DNA of 64,000 bases, taken from contig OX597823.1 of assembly GCA_951406725.2 (NCBI GenBank), positions 18,352,001 through 18,416,000 on the forward strand, read 5' to 3'. Below are positions 1 through 11,413 of this stretch, piece after piece. Positions within the stretch are counted from its first letter, which is position 1. Each line of letters begins with the position of its first letter. The notes beneath the pieces were generated by a model, which saw nothing but the letters and a program-made list of their open reading frames with translations, was not told where the DNA came from and did not search any database. Position numbers and translations under genes: made by a program. This DNA comes from Octopus vulgaris. Lineage: Eukaryota.

Positions 1-355
1 TTTGAGTACTGAACAAATCCCTAGAGCCCTCAACCGGAGATTCAGGAACCAATGTAGAGGGTTCTTTGTTTTCATGCTTCTGTTCAGTAACCACATCAGG
101 TTCAGCTTCAACTTCGATATTCAGCTGATCTGTGGGCTCAAGTTTGTCTTTTGATTCTGTCACACTTGACAACTCATTTATTGGATAGCACACGGTTGGG
201 TCATCCAGATCATCTGAATTCAAATGATCATTATAATCTGTCGTTGGAATTATATTGTTTTCAGTGTCCTTTTGTTGTTGAACAGCTAGCTCAGCCTTCT
301 CCAAAATTTCAAGAGCAGTTGACGTTACCTTCCTCATCTTCTCTGCAGCCATTTT
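1..355 (-). CDS. Exon F (partial, runs off the window): acidic Glu/Pro/Val/Thr-rich region
   Basis: Acceptor TTCTTTTTTCAG|, phase 0, open for 118 codons to the window edge: KMAAEKMRKVTSTALEILEKAELAVQQQKDTENN...EPSTLVPESPVEGSRDLFSTQ. Confidence 0.88.
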
Positions 356-513
356 CTGAAAAAAGAATCAAGTGGATAAAAGAAATTTTAAAAACAAGGA
401 TATTCACAGAGAATTGGTAAGTTGATGGTGGTCTCTTGGCATAAATGTGGGTGAGAAATAAATATGAAACAATTAGATTATGTGAATGTGTGATGAGGAC
501 AAAATGAGATTAA

Positions 514-734
514 CCCTTTCGTTACCAACACGGCTGAAACCGGCTCTGGCTCTTTAGTATAAATGTCTTGTTTTCATAAGTTTTGAATCCAAATCTTCCA
601 CCAAATCTTAGTCACAATTTATGTTCCTAACACTAGCTTAATGATAACGATGTTATTTTACTAAATTCTTTGTTATATTTAAAATAATAGGAAGAAACAC
701 AGAGCATCTCAAAATAAATACAGTAACAAAAGGG
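514..734. mobile_element. piggyBac-like MITE
   Basis: TTAA target duplications (510-513, 735-738), TIR CCCTTTCGTTAC/GTAACAAAAGGG; near-identical copy at 53513-53736. Confidence 0.85.
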
Positions 735-1240
735 TTAATGTTTCAAATGGCAATATTGCTGGAGGAAATTGCAGCATCATTGTAATATCATTGTATATTA
801 CTTCAATGCCATTGCATATCATCTTTATTATATACCATTTCAATATGATATTGCATACCATATTAATACATAAACTTCAGTTGTAAATGTATATCAGGCA
901 CGTGCCATCAATAATTACTCAGGATAAGCAGTTGGTAACCTTTATGTAATAAAACACACAATAATAAGCAAAAACACAGGCGCGCGAGTGAGTTGTAGGC
1001 AGATTTATATCTGCCTCTATAGCACATAAAGAAAATCTTGTTGTAGGAATGTACGTGGCATGTGTACTACAGTGTTATTGGGCCAACAGATTTTGGGATC
1101 TAACGATATGCTATAAGCTAAACCCTTTATGGACGGGAAACCTCAGATAATCCCATAAACCAGCCTTCCCCACTTATAATATATACTGCCCTATATCTTA
1201 TCGTGCGCTTCTTTCAGATTTATGTTTCTTACAGACGATC

Positions 1241-1281
<41 letters not shown>

Positions 1282-1935
1282 TCATCATCATTGTTTAACG
1301 TCTGTTTTTCGTGCTAGCATGGGTTGGATGGTTCAACCGGGGTCTGGGAAGCCAGAAGGCTGCACCAGGCTCCAGTCTGATCTGGCAGTGTTTCTACAGC
1401 TGGATCCCCTTCCTAATGCCAACCACTCTATGAGTGTAGTCGGTGCTTTTTACGTGCCACTGGCACAGGTGCCAGGGGAGGCTGGCAGCGGCCACGATCA
1501 GTTGGTGCTTATTACGTGCCGCCGGCACGAACCCAGTCAAGGTGGCGCTGGCATCAGCCACATTCAGATGGTGCTTTTTATGTGTCACCGGCACAGGTAT
1601 CACAACTACAATTTCCATTTGATATTCAATTTGATGTTATATATATATATATACAAAGTACGGGGGTTTAGTTCACAGGTGATCTAAATGATTAGGTACA
1701 CTAGGTAAGTGCTGTAACAGATTTCTAGGGCTCCAAAGTTATAGCTGAGATGGTAGTTATGGAGCCATTGCAGATTTCTGGTATAGTGGATATATAATTG
1801 TTAAAGAGGACAACAAATATTAAGGCAAGGCAAGGCAAGCATCTCAAATGATATACATTATTATTTTTTCCAGTAATAACTATGTATATGACTTGATACG
1901 TTTGCCTTCCTTTAACATTTGTTATCCTCTTTAAC

Positions 1936-1994
<59 letters not shown>

Positions 1995-2244
1995 AAGAGA
2001 CCAAGAGAAGTATGTAACCATATCGAAGCACTGAAAAAATAAACAGAGACAAAGATATATGATGAACGACAGTGCTATGCCTGACTGTGTGGTAAGAAGC
2101 TTGCTTAGCAACCACATAGTTTTGGGTTCAGTCCCACTGTGCGGTACCTGAGGCAAGTGTCTTCTACTATAGCCTCGGGTCAACCAAAGCCTTGAGAGTG
2201 GATTTGGCAGATGGAAACTGAAAGAAGTTCATCATACATATATA

Positions 2245-2760
2245 TTTCTAGTGAGTCGAATGGCCTATCAGGGCCATTCCTTAATATTGTTGAATGCATA
2301 TAATATAGTCTGCGACTATTTTTTTCTTTCTCACTAGACCACTGGTGGCGGAAAATTTTTCTTGAATTTTTTGCTACCCTTATATTGTTTAATTAATGAT
2401 TTTTTGGCTAATTTTGAAATTGTATCCGCAGTTTATATTTGCTGCTGAGAAGACGGCGCGGTGACGGTGGATTTTGAAAATTTAGAGTATCTAGACTCGA
2501 GGCTTCGCTGCTGTCGCCTCGTGGATATATACTTTCCTTGGCTTCTTTGCTGATGAGACAGGCCAGTTGTAAATAGATTTAATTTAATTGAATTGAATTG
2601 GTTTACCTAAGTGTGTTGAAACTATGCATAGTCCAAAGATGAAAAGGATAAATGTTTTTATTTTGCCTTTAGTTTCAGAATTACAACTATTTAGTGGTTT
2701 GAGTTTGGCTGCTCTTTCTAGTGAGTCGAATGGCCTATCAGGGCCATTCCTTAATATTGT
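2245..2760 (+). mobile_element. Terminally redundant hammerhead-bearing unit (retrozyme-like or Penelope pLTR-derived)
   Basis: Identical 46-bp direct repeats at 2245-2290 and 2715-2760 (period 470), central hammerhead, (TA)n on both sides. Confidence 0.65.
2544..2639 (+). ncRNA. Type I hammerhead ribozyme motif, intact core
   Basis: Stem I TCTTTG/CAAAGA; CTGATGA (2550-2556); stem II GACA...TGTT with a long loop; GAAA; palindromic stem III ACTATGCATAGT; cleavage triplet GTC (predicted cut after 2633). Confidence 0.85.
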
Positions 2761-3374
2761 AGAATATATATATATATATATATATATATCATCATCATCA
2801 TCATCATTTAACATCTGTTTTCCACACTGGCATGGGTTGGTTAGTTTGACAGGGGCTGACCAGCTGAAGACCTACCCAGGCACTAACTGTCTGTCCTGGC
2901 ATCGTTTTTAGGGCTGGATGCCCTTCCTAGTGACAGCATTGAGTGCTTTCACGCAGCACCATCACAACTGCATTTATGTAGCACCGGTATGGGTCCTTTT
3001 TATGTGGCACTGGTACCCACAAGCCCACAAGGTTAGAAATTCTCAACTGGAAAAGGGACATGGGAACAGTTTGTATCTAAGGACAACTATGCTTTTACTG
3101 AGCATGATGTGTCTTGTATATATCTATGCATGTGTGTATGTTTGTCCCCCCATCACCGCTTGACATAAATTTGTGTTTTAGCCTAAGAGACCAACAGAAT
3201 AAGTACTAGGCTTAAGAAATCAGTCCTAGGGTCGATTTGTTCAACTAAAATCCTTCAAGGTGGTGCTCCAGTATGGCCGCAGTCAAATAACTGAAACAAG
3301 AATAAAAGATTAAAGAATAATGTTGTCCCAGATGCCCTTACGTCTGAAAATAAAATAAGTTGCACATGGTTAGA

Positions 3375-3824
3375 ACAGCTGAAGATGATGTCTCCTGGGG
3401 CTAACTTACAGCAACATTCGTCCTAAACCAGGAGTGCCATGTTATGTTGGCAAAAATCTTTACTCCAAAGTACTGTTGCTGAATATCTCTCATTGTGAGA
3501 TTTAAAAATCGTAATTTTCTAATTTATAAATCAGTGCCTAGTTGTCACTTTGAAGACAATATATTTTGAACAGGAATTTGGCAGCGCCACCTCCAGTTGA
3601 ACAATTATTCTGTGATGATGAAGGGAAATAACCCAGAAATCGCGATACACAGATATTGTTTTGAGCTGAGTGGGGCTGCTAGATTCCCTTGTTCGAAAAT
3701 ATAAGGACACAGATCATGTCATATAGCCAGTTGGAGACGATGTCTGTCTCCTGGGGCTAAATTGCAGCAACATTCGTCCTAAACCAGGACTGCCATGTTA
3801 TTTTGGAAAACAATCTTTACTCCA
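3375..3824 (+). mobile_element. Second terminally redundant hammerhead-bearing unit (period about 350 bp)
   Basis: Diverged direct repeats of about 95 bp (about 3375-3466 and 3727-3824; shared GTCTCCTGGGGCTAA, CAGCAACATTCGTCCTAAACCAGGA, TGCCATGTTAT, AATCTTTACTCCA) around the motif at 3609-3653. Confidence 0.55.
3609..3653 (+). ncRNA. Minimal type I hammerhead motif with a C3->A core change (probably inactive)
   Basis: TCTGTG ATGATGA AGGG aaataa CCCA GAAA TCGCGA TA CACAGA: 6-bp stem I and palindromic stem III. Confidence 0.65.
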
Positions 3825-4343
3825 TGGTTAGAACGCTTTTAATTATAAGTTTGCCTGACTGGAACTGACCTGGAGTTAAACAACAATAGGGTATCCGAGT
3901 GGAAACAGAATAAACTGTGGTGGTAAACCAGAAAAAGTGAATGATAAGGACAGGGATAACAGTTTGATTGGTTTGATTATTGGTATTTGAAACAGTTATG
4001 CTTGATGAACATGGATCAAAACTTGGAGTAGATGATGAATCGATGTTGATTTTATATATCATGTGATGTGATCATGTGACCAAACAGACTATCAGATGTT
4101 GTTACACACTGCTGGTCACAATGCACTTTGCATTATTTTAGCCTTCAAATGAAGCCACCCTGCTGGCTAGACCAGCAGGAAAACATTGATGGACAGGGAG
4201 GCTGGGGCAGTATGAAATGAAATGTTTTGCTCAAGAACACAATGCACCATCCAGTCTGGGGATTGAACCCACAATCTAGTGATCATGAATGCAACAGCCT
4301 AACCACCAGGCTGTGCACATTCACACACACACACATATCATTA

Positions 4344-4389
<46 letters not shown>

Positions 4390-4415
4390 GTTATTATTTT
4401 GGTGAAGTCAGTTTC

Positions 4416-4461
4416 TTGCTACTCTGAGTTTTACCTGGGGGTGCACAGGATCTTCAGGCAA
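4416..4461 (-). ncRNA. Degenerate hammerhead motif
   Basis: TTGC CTGAAGA TCCTG tgcacccc CAGGT AAAA CTCAGAG TA GCAA; GAAA is changed to AAAA. Confidence 0.5.
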
Positions 4462-6230
4462 ATTATAATTGAAAATTGAAGTGATTTGAACATCTACTTA
4501 TCGTTTTCTTGTCATAGTGTGTGGTGATGGAGAGAAAATTTGATAAAGGGGGAAAAAGAAGGAAGATAAAGAGGGAAAAAAAGGGAAGTAAAGAAGAAGA
4601 ACGAAAAAGAAGAAAAAAGGAACAGAAGAGAAAAGTTTATGAGGAGTACATTGGGAAAATTCGAAAAGGTATCTTTAATATACAGAATATGTAGTTAAGT
4701 GTAAGCACTATAATTAAGACGGTAAACTGAAAATGAATTTTTAATCAATTGATAATTCTACCATCAATGAGAAAAATATAAAAGCTAATGAAAATTTCTA
4801 TCAAGTGGAGAAAGGGAGATAACTTTGAAAAATTTTGATTGACCAAGGATTAAATGAAGTTTCTCAGGAGCTAAACAACAGCAACAAACACGCAAAATCC
4901 TCAAAACTGCGCATATAGCTGAGTGTCACAAGTCCCTACACATTATTAACTCACCAGAACACCATTAAAGAACATCAATGCAAATACAAGCATGATCCTC
5001 TTTAAATTACATTTTCCAGTCAACTAATGAGGGAGCTTCTACATTTGGGCAACAAGGGTGACAACTCGAAATATGGTTCAGTCTTATTAGACTAGACCTC
5101 TTTAGTAAAATATAGTCTACTCACAGTTACCAAGACCTTGGAGCAACTGATATAATTAAAACTCATTTTTGACTCACTACAATAAACATGGTAACCTTCA
5201 ATTAATTATACATACTTTATGCAGGAAAAGCTATTGGAAAATTTCCCAATGTCATTGTTTTAATTTTCCTCGTTAAGAAATTATTTTTATATAATATACT
5301 TTATAAAATTAGTCACACAGAAACCTTGACAATTGTTGCCTATACCTTGCTGAAAAGGTTTATTCTCATTCAGAGTCGTTAACAATTAGCCCTTGTTATT
5401 TTTTTTCATTTTTTTCTTTTGTTTTGTTTGTTTTCTTCTCTCACTCTCCATGAAAGCAATTTCAAAAACTTAAAATTTTATCATACATAGCATTCAGACC
5501 AACCCCTCTCCATAATTTTGTTATCCAAATTCATACCACTGGCCTATTTGAGTTATTTTCTCTTGGCTCCTTTTTTTATTTTAATTATTCAGATTACTTT
5601 TGACCAAGAGTGCTCTGAACTCTTTTTCAATATGTTAAGTTGTTCATATCCATTTGAAGGCAAGGATAACCATATTTTAATGATAAGACCATGCTGTGAC
5701 CAAAACACATGTCCAGGGCTCCTTTGTCATTTTAATTATGCAAATTTCTTTTGACTAAAATTAATAAACTCTTTTTGTGTATGCAAATTGTCCCTATCTG
5801 TTTGAAGATGAGAAAGACCAAGCTATGCTGATGAGATCAGATCAAGGCTCACAAATGTATCAACAGCTGTCCCTGGACTATTTAAACATGCTAACAAGTG
5901 AAACAAATCAGATTTTCCTTATTTTCTACTATACCCATTGGAATGCTACATATTTCTCATTTTAGTCACATCAAAAATACAAGAGGCAAATATCCTCTCT
6001 GTCCCCCTAGAGATAATTTCTTTTAAAGATTTTATCCTCAATTGTTAATTTATATTTTTCACTGGAATAGTTCAATACTGAATTTTTATTCCGACTAGAC
6101 AATTTGTTACCGAAATGCATTGCGAATAAGCCCGCCATTTTCATAGATAATATTCGGACATGCTACGACGAATTCTACAGTTGACTATCGAGCTTGTAAT
6201 GTTATGTTTTTTCTTATATATCTTGAGTTT

Positions 6231-6294
6231 GTTGCACTGATGAACATGGAATGCATATTCTGCATTAATTGCGAAATCACAGGTGATATGTAAC
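6231..6294 (+). ncRNA. Type I hammerhead ribozyme motif, near intact
   Basis: Stem I GTTGCA/TGTAAC; CTGATGA; stem II ACA...TGC (first pair A-C) capped by hairpin AATGCA tattc TGCATT; GAAA; stem III ATCAC ag GTGAT; triplet ATA. Confidence 0.72.
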
Positions 6295-6425
6295 TAAATT
6301 CTTTTTTTAAATGATTTGCTTTGAAGTTTTGCATTCGGTAAAATTTTGTTTATTTTAGTAGTTTTGACCGCATTGGTCCCTCTTAGCGTATGGTATCTAC
6401 GAATAGTAGTACCCTCAATATAATA

Positions 6426-6479
<54 letters not shown>

Positions 6480-7101
6480 TATGACAGGCTTCTTTCAGTT
6501 TCCATCTACCAAATCCACTCACAAGGCTTTGGTCTGCCCGAGACTATAGTAGAAGACACTTGCCGAAGGTGCCATGCAGTGGGACTGAACCTGGAACCAT
6601 ATGCTTGGTAAGCAAGCTACTTACTGCACAGCCACTCCTACACTATTATAATTTTTTTTTTAAGTGTTTTTAAGGCTAGAAAGATTTTCATCATAGGCCT
6701 GCTCAATTGTGGTTGACCTGGTGCTAAACAACACCCTACATATAGCTAATGGACTGACCCATCAAGGGCTGAGTATCTTAGTTATAGAAATATTAAAATA
6801 CGATGTGAACTGCTGGCGTTTTAGCTTCTAACTCAACACTCTGACAATTGGAGAGCATGTTCTGGCTAGATGGTTAAAAGCACCGTTAGGCTGAAATTGA
6901 AGCCTTGGAGATTTGAAGTTCAATCACAGTTCGAGACAGTGGTGATGCTATAAAATAAAATTCGAGAACAAAAAAAGATATTAAAAGGGAATAAACAGAA
7001 TAAAAAAAAAATCAGAAGAAGAAAAGAGGAAATGAAGACAAAGACCGGAGAGATGTCTACTAGATAACTGATGAAGGTAAATCACTACAAAACACTCTCA
7101 C

Positions 7102-7239
7102 CTGTTCATGATGTTCTGAAAGAACTCGGTGAGCGAACATGTCATCTACAGTTGTAGGTTCAATCCCTGCCTCATCTGCTGTTTCCTTGGGTACATCTTG
7201 CTTTTTCACAGATACATCTTTTGATTGGTTCGTAGTATC
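7102..7239 (-). CDS. Exon E of the same gene (symmetric, possibly cassette)
   Basis: Acceptor ATGTATCACAG|, donor CAG|GTGAGA, 138 nt, phase 0-0, no stops. Translation DTTNQSKDVSVKKQDVPKETADEAGIEPTTVDDMFAHRVLSEHHEQ; the C-terminal 16 aa resemble the end of exon D. Confidence 0.8.
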
Positions 7240-7471
7240 CTGTGATACATACTTAGTTTAGTGGATCAAGATACAACTAAGTAGTCCCAAAGTTAGCACA
7301 CATTAGTGGTAGTAGTAGTAGTAGTAATAGTAGTAGCAGCAGCAGCAGTAATAATGGTAGTGGTTGTTGTTAGTAATAGCAATAATAGTAGCAACAGCAG
7401 TGATAGTAGTAGTTTGGGGCAATAGTGTGTATTGCGGTAGCAAAAAAACTAAAACAAACAATATATATATA

Positions 7472-7640
7472 ATCATCATCATCATCATCATCGTTTAACG
7501 TCCGCTTTCCATGCTAGCATGGGTTGGACGGTTCAACTGGGGTCTGGGAAGCCCGAAGGCTGCACCAGGCCCCAGTTGAACCGTCCAACCCATGCTAGCA
7601 TGGAAAGCGGACGTTAAACGATGATGATGATGATGATGAT
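7472..7640. repeat. Perfect fold-back of a family-B retroposon tail (arms about 70 bp)
   Basis: (CAT)n CGTTTAACGTCCGC...CAACTGGGG, loop of about 27 nt, CCCCAGTTG...GCGGACGTTAAACG (ATG)n. Confidence 0.95.
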
Positions 7641-8104
7641 ATATACATACATACATATACATATATATACATACATATATATATATACACACATACATAC
7701 ACATATATATATACATACATACATACACACATATATATATATACATATATACATACACATATATATATATACATACATACATACATACATACAAATATAT
7801 ATATATATATATTGAGTGAAATATCTGTGCTACCAAAAAGCAAAAAGCACAATAATTAAGCCTGATCCCAAAAATAAATCATCACCACGTGTGAAGTCAG
7901 AAAACAAAATTGTGCACAATATTATTATGTTAGTGTCCATATGGAAATAAAAATCTAATTCTGAATTTTTAAAAAAAATGAACAGATTAGAAAAATCACC
8001 ACAAGAAGGAATGAAAGGAAATCAGCAAGAAATACCAAAAGGATAAAAAAGAAAACACACCAAAAGTTGTAATTAAAAGTCCAAATGTCTAAAATATATT
8101 AAGA

Positions 8105-8520
8105 CTCTCTTTACTCTTTTATTTGTTTCAGTCATTTGACTGCGGCCATGCTGAAGCACCACCTTTAGTCGAGCAAATCGACCCCGGGACTTATTCTTTG
8201 TAAGCCCAGTACTTATTCTATCGGTCACTTTTGCCGAACCGCTAAGTGACGGGGACGTAAACACACCAGCATTGGTTGTCAAGCAATGCTAGGGGGACAA
8301 ACACAGACACACAAACATATACACACACATACATACATATATGTATATACATATATACAACAGGCTTCTTTCAGTTTCCGTCTACCAAATCCACTCACAA
8401 GGCATTGGTCGGCCTGGGGCTATAGCAGAAGACACTTGCCCAAGATGCCTCGCAGTGGGACTGAACCCGGAACCATGTGGTTGGTTAGCAAGCTACTTAC
8501 CACACAGCCACTCCTGCGCC
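8105..8520 (-). mobile_element. tRNA-derived SINE family A (full length; about 20 copies or fragments in window)
   Basis: Head GGAGTGGCTGTGTGGTAAG (A box) ... GGTTCAGTCCC (B box), internal TA/TG microsatellite, tail ...GACTGAAACAAGTAAAAGAG. Other copies at about 2075-2235, 6480-6640, 11190-11345, 21045-21205, 26252-26497, 29640-29840, 31735-32140, 33780-33945, 35685-36085, 38750-39157, 47200-47595, 55570-55955, 56985-57283 and 59700-59850. Confidence 0.9.
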
Positions 8521-8780
8521 TATTAATTTTTTTTCTCTAGAAATGATTGTCACTAAAAATTAGGTGAATAATGAGGAAAATTATAATCTTCACAAACATG
8601 TAGAGGGAAAAATATTAAAGTTTCATTATTATCATTATAATTATTATTTTGGAATGGCACAGTCTCACATGTGAGACTGTGCCACTTCACTTCACATGGT
8701 GAAGTGAAAAATTCTGACCTATTGAGATTAATGCAAGTGATCAATAGGCAAAATCTCTTTCTAGAGGTGTTTAAAATCTA

Positions 8781-9165
8781 GTGGCTGTGTGGTAAGTAGC
8801 TTGTTTACCAACCACATGGTTCCGGGTTCAGTCCCACTGCGTGGCACTTTGGGCAAGTGTCTTCTACTATAGCCTCGGGCCGACCAAAGCCCTGTGAGTG
8901 GATTTGGTAGACGGAAACTGAAAGAAGCCCGTCGTATATATGTATATATATATATGAGTGTGTGTCTGTGTTTTTCCCCCTAGCATTGCTTGACAACCGA
9001 TGCTGGTGTGTTTACGTCCCCGTTACTTAGCGGTTCGGCAAATGAGACCGATTGAATAAGTACTGGGCTTACAAAAGAATAAGTCCCGGGATCAAGTTGC
9101 TCGATTAAAGGCGGTGCTCCAGCATGGCCGCAGTCAAATGACTGAAACAAGTAAAAGAGAGAGAG
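8781..9165 (+). mobile_element. SINE family A, inverted relative to 8105-8520
   Basis: High identity to the reverse complement of the neighbouring copy. Confidence 0.9.
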
Positions 9166-9317
9166 TAAACAAGGGAGGTCACTCCAATAAGTTCAGTTGA
9201 TTGAAATATTTTAAAGATATAGATCAGTGGTTCTCAACCATTTTTTTCCTATGGATCCCTTTGATTTCTATTTTACAAGGATGGCCCGTCACAGCCAGTC
9301 GATGTTTAAAAAATCCC

Positions 9318-9530
9318 ATGGTCATGTGTTACATATGGATGAGGACAGCTGTGTGAAGAAATATCACTCCCTAACTGTGGAAGGAACCTGTGGAAGTGGT
9401 AGACACTGGAAGACATGGAATGAGGTGGTGAAGCATGACCTTCGAACATTGGGCCTCATAGAGGCAATGACAGGAGACCAAAACCTTTAGAGATATGCTG
9501 TGATTGAGAAGACCTGGCAACTAAAGTGAG
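9318..9530 (+). mobile_element. RTE-clade LINE 3' fragment (related fragments about 39365-39575 and 27375-27560)
   Basis: GHVLHMDEDSCVKK...VEGTCGSGRHWKTWNEVVKHDLRTLGL...DQNL matches the RTE ORF C-terminus pattern G-H-V-x-R ... G-R-P-x-K-T-W ... D-R-x-x-W-R. Confidence 0.75.
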
Positions 9531-11343
9531 ATCACAGCCATGCATGTCTGGCCCAGTTAAGAGTACCCTTGATATGTTGTGTGATATGATATGCTTGAGA
9601 AGACTTGTTGAGTCAAGTAAAACCAATATCGTAGCTGTGGCCAGTGGGGATAGTTGATTAAATCAACCCCAGTGCCTGACTGGTACTTTATTTTATCCTT
9701 TACAAAAGGATAAGAGACAAAGTTGACATTGGTGGTTTTTCAGATTGGAAAGAACTGGAAGAAATGCCACTTAGCATTTTGTCCAAAGTGTTAAGGATTT
9801 GGTCAGCTCAATAACAACAACAATAAATATTTTTTATATTTGCCACAGGGGCATCGGATGAGGGAATTATACAGTTTACACTCTTGGTGGATGGGGGATA
9901 TAGAAAGATAGGGAGAAGAAAGGGATAGGAGGGGAAGATGAGATCAAGTGTATATACAGTGTGCAGAATGTGAGAACAAATAGATACTCCACTCCTAATA
10001 TAGAAGAGCCTCCATCTAGAACCAATCAAGGAACCCCACAGATTTAGGGGTCACCCTGACCTCCAAGGCCACACACCCTCATCCAACAGTTGTTCCCCAA
10101 TCTACAGGCATGCTTTTATTAATATCACAAGAACACTGGATGAAGGAACATTAGAAGAAGAGGTTATGAAAATTGTAGGAACTACACAATAGTCAAATGA
10201 ATGAAGAGAAAAAAAACAATTAGTAAGTACAGTATACAAGTATATATGTTGAAGTCCTAAGGAAAGAGCCACCACCTAGAGCCAGTCAAGGAACCCCACA
10301 AATGACATCTAAGGGAATACCCTTTCCTGATATCATTTTCCTATCTTTAGGACCATGCCAAGAATTAGCCCATGACCCTGATTCAATGATCCCCACTTTC
10401 ATCCACCTTTCAGTAAGTTTACTTGGGGTGGGGTAAGAGACAGTACTCTCCTCTCCATCCTTACCCTCTTCTCAAAGTAGAAACTGTAAGTCGATAAAGG
10501 CTTAATGAAAGAGAAAAGTGTGTGACTTCAGTCTAATTTATCTTAAGAGAGAACAGCCCCTGCCAAACTGAATGGCCCTTAATGCAAATAACTCTACATG
10601 GAGACAAAATCTTTAACAGCACCTCTCCAACCACTCAATATAGTTGTGGTCATCACCATGGCCACCATTTAGAAAGAAAACAAGCCAATCCAATAGTATA
10701 TATATCTAAGAGAGGGCTTCATGGTAGAGAAATACTAGGTCTGGATTCCATTATATACATCAGAATCATATATGAAAACTGAAAGGGCATAGTAAGTAGG
10801 GTCTGGGATCGTTTCAAGCCACTGATACAAGGATTGAGTTTCTTTTTTAAATGCCATGCAGAAGCTTTTATCTAAGGGTTCAAAAATACAAAACTTTTGG
10901 TGAAATTTTCACTTCCAAAAGAATGAAGAACTTCTCGTTACATTCAATGCATGCAACTTCTAAAATGGATAAACACTACACTAATCCCAAGAAGCTTCAA
11001 ACAAAGAAATAAAAAGATGCAAGCATGATGTGAAAAGTGTGAAGTAGTTTCCAACAACTAGAGTAAGGGTTCAATTCTGTAGAGTTCATGCAGCAGACTT
11101 CTTAAGGTTAGATTAAACAACTGTCTTGGTTTTTTTTTAATCTAACCAAATTTACAAAATTTCGCTTTGTAAAAATATCATACAAGGAGCAGGTGTGGTT
11201 GTGTGATTAAGAAGCTGAGCTCCCAACCATGTCATCTCAGGTTCAGTCCCACTATACAGTACCTTGGCCAAGCATCTTCTACTATAATCACAGGCTAACC
11301 AAAGTCTTGTAAGTGGATTTAATAGGCAGAAACTGAAAGGAGC

Positions 11344-11413
<70 letters not shown>

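Noticed and set aside
151-420. Plus-strand 89-aa ORF
   Set aside because: It is the antisense shadow of minus-strand exon F.
8286-8996. Recurrent ORFs reading LLSVSVYQIHSQGFG...EDTCPRCHAVGLNPEPCGW
   Set aside because: They are antisense translations of SINE family A, not a protein family.
9225-9310. hAT-like end CAGTGGTTCTCAACC (also about 25922)
   Set aside because: Only one terminus is visible and no 8-bp TSD, so it is not supported enough to call.
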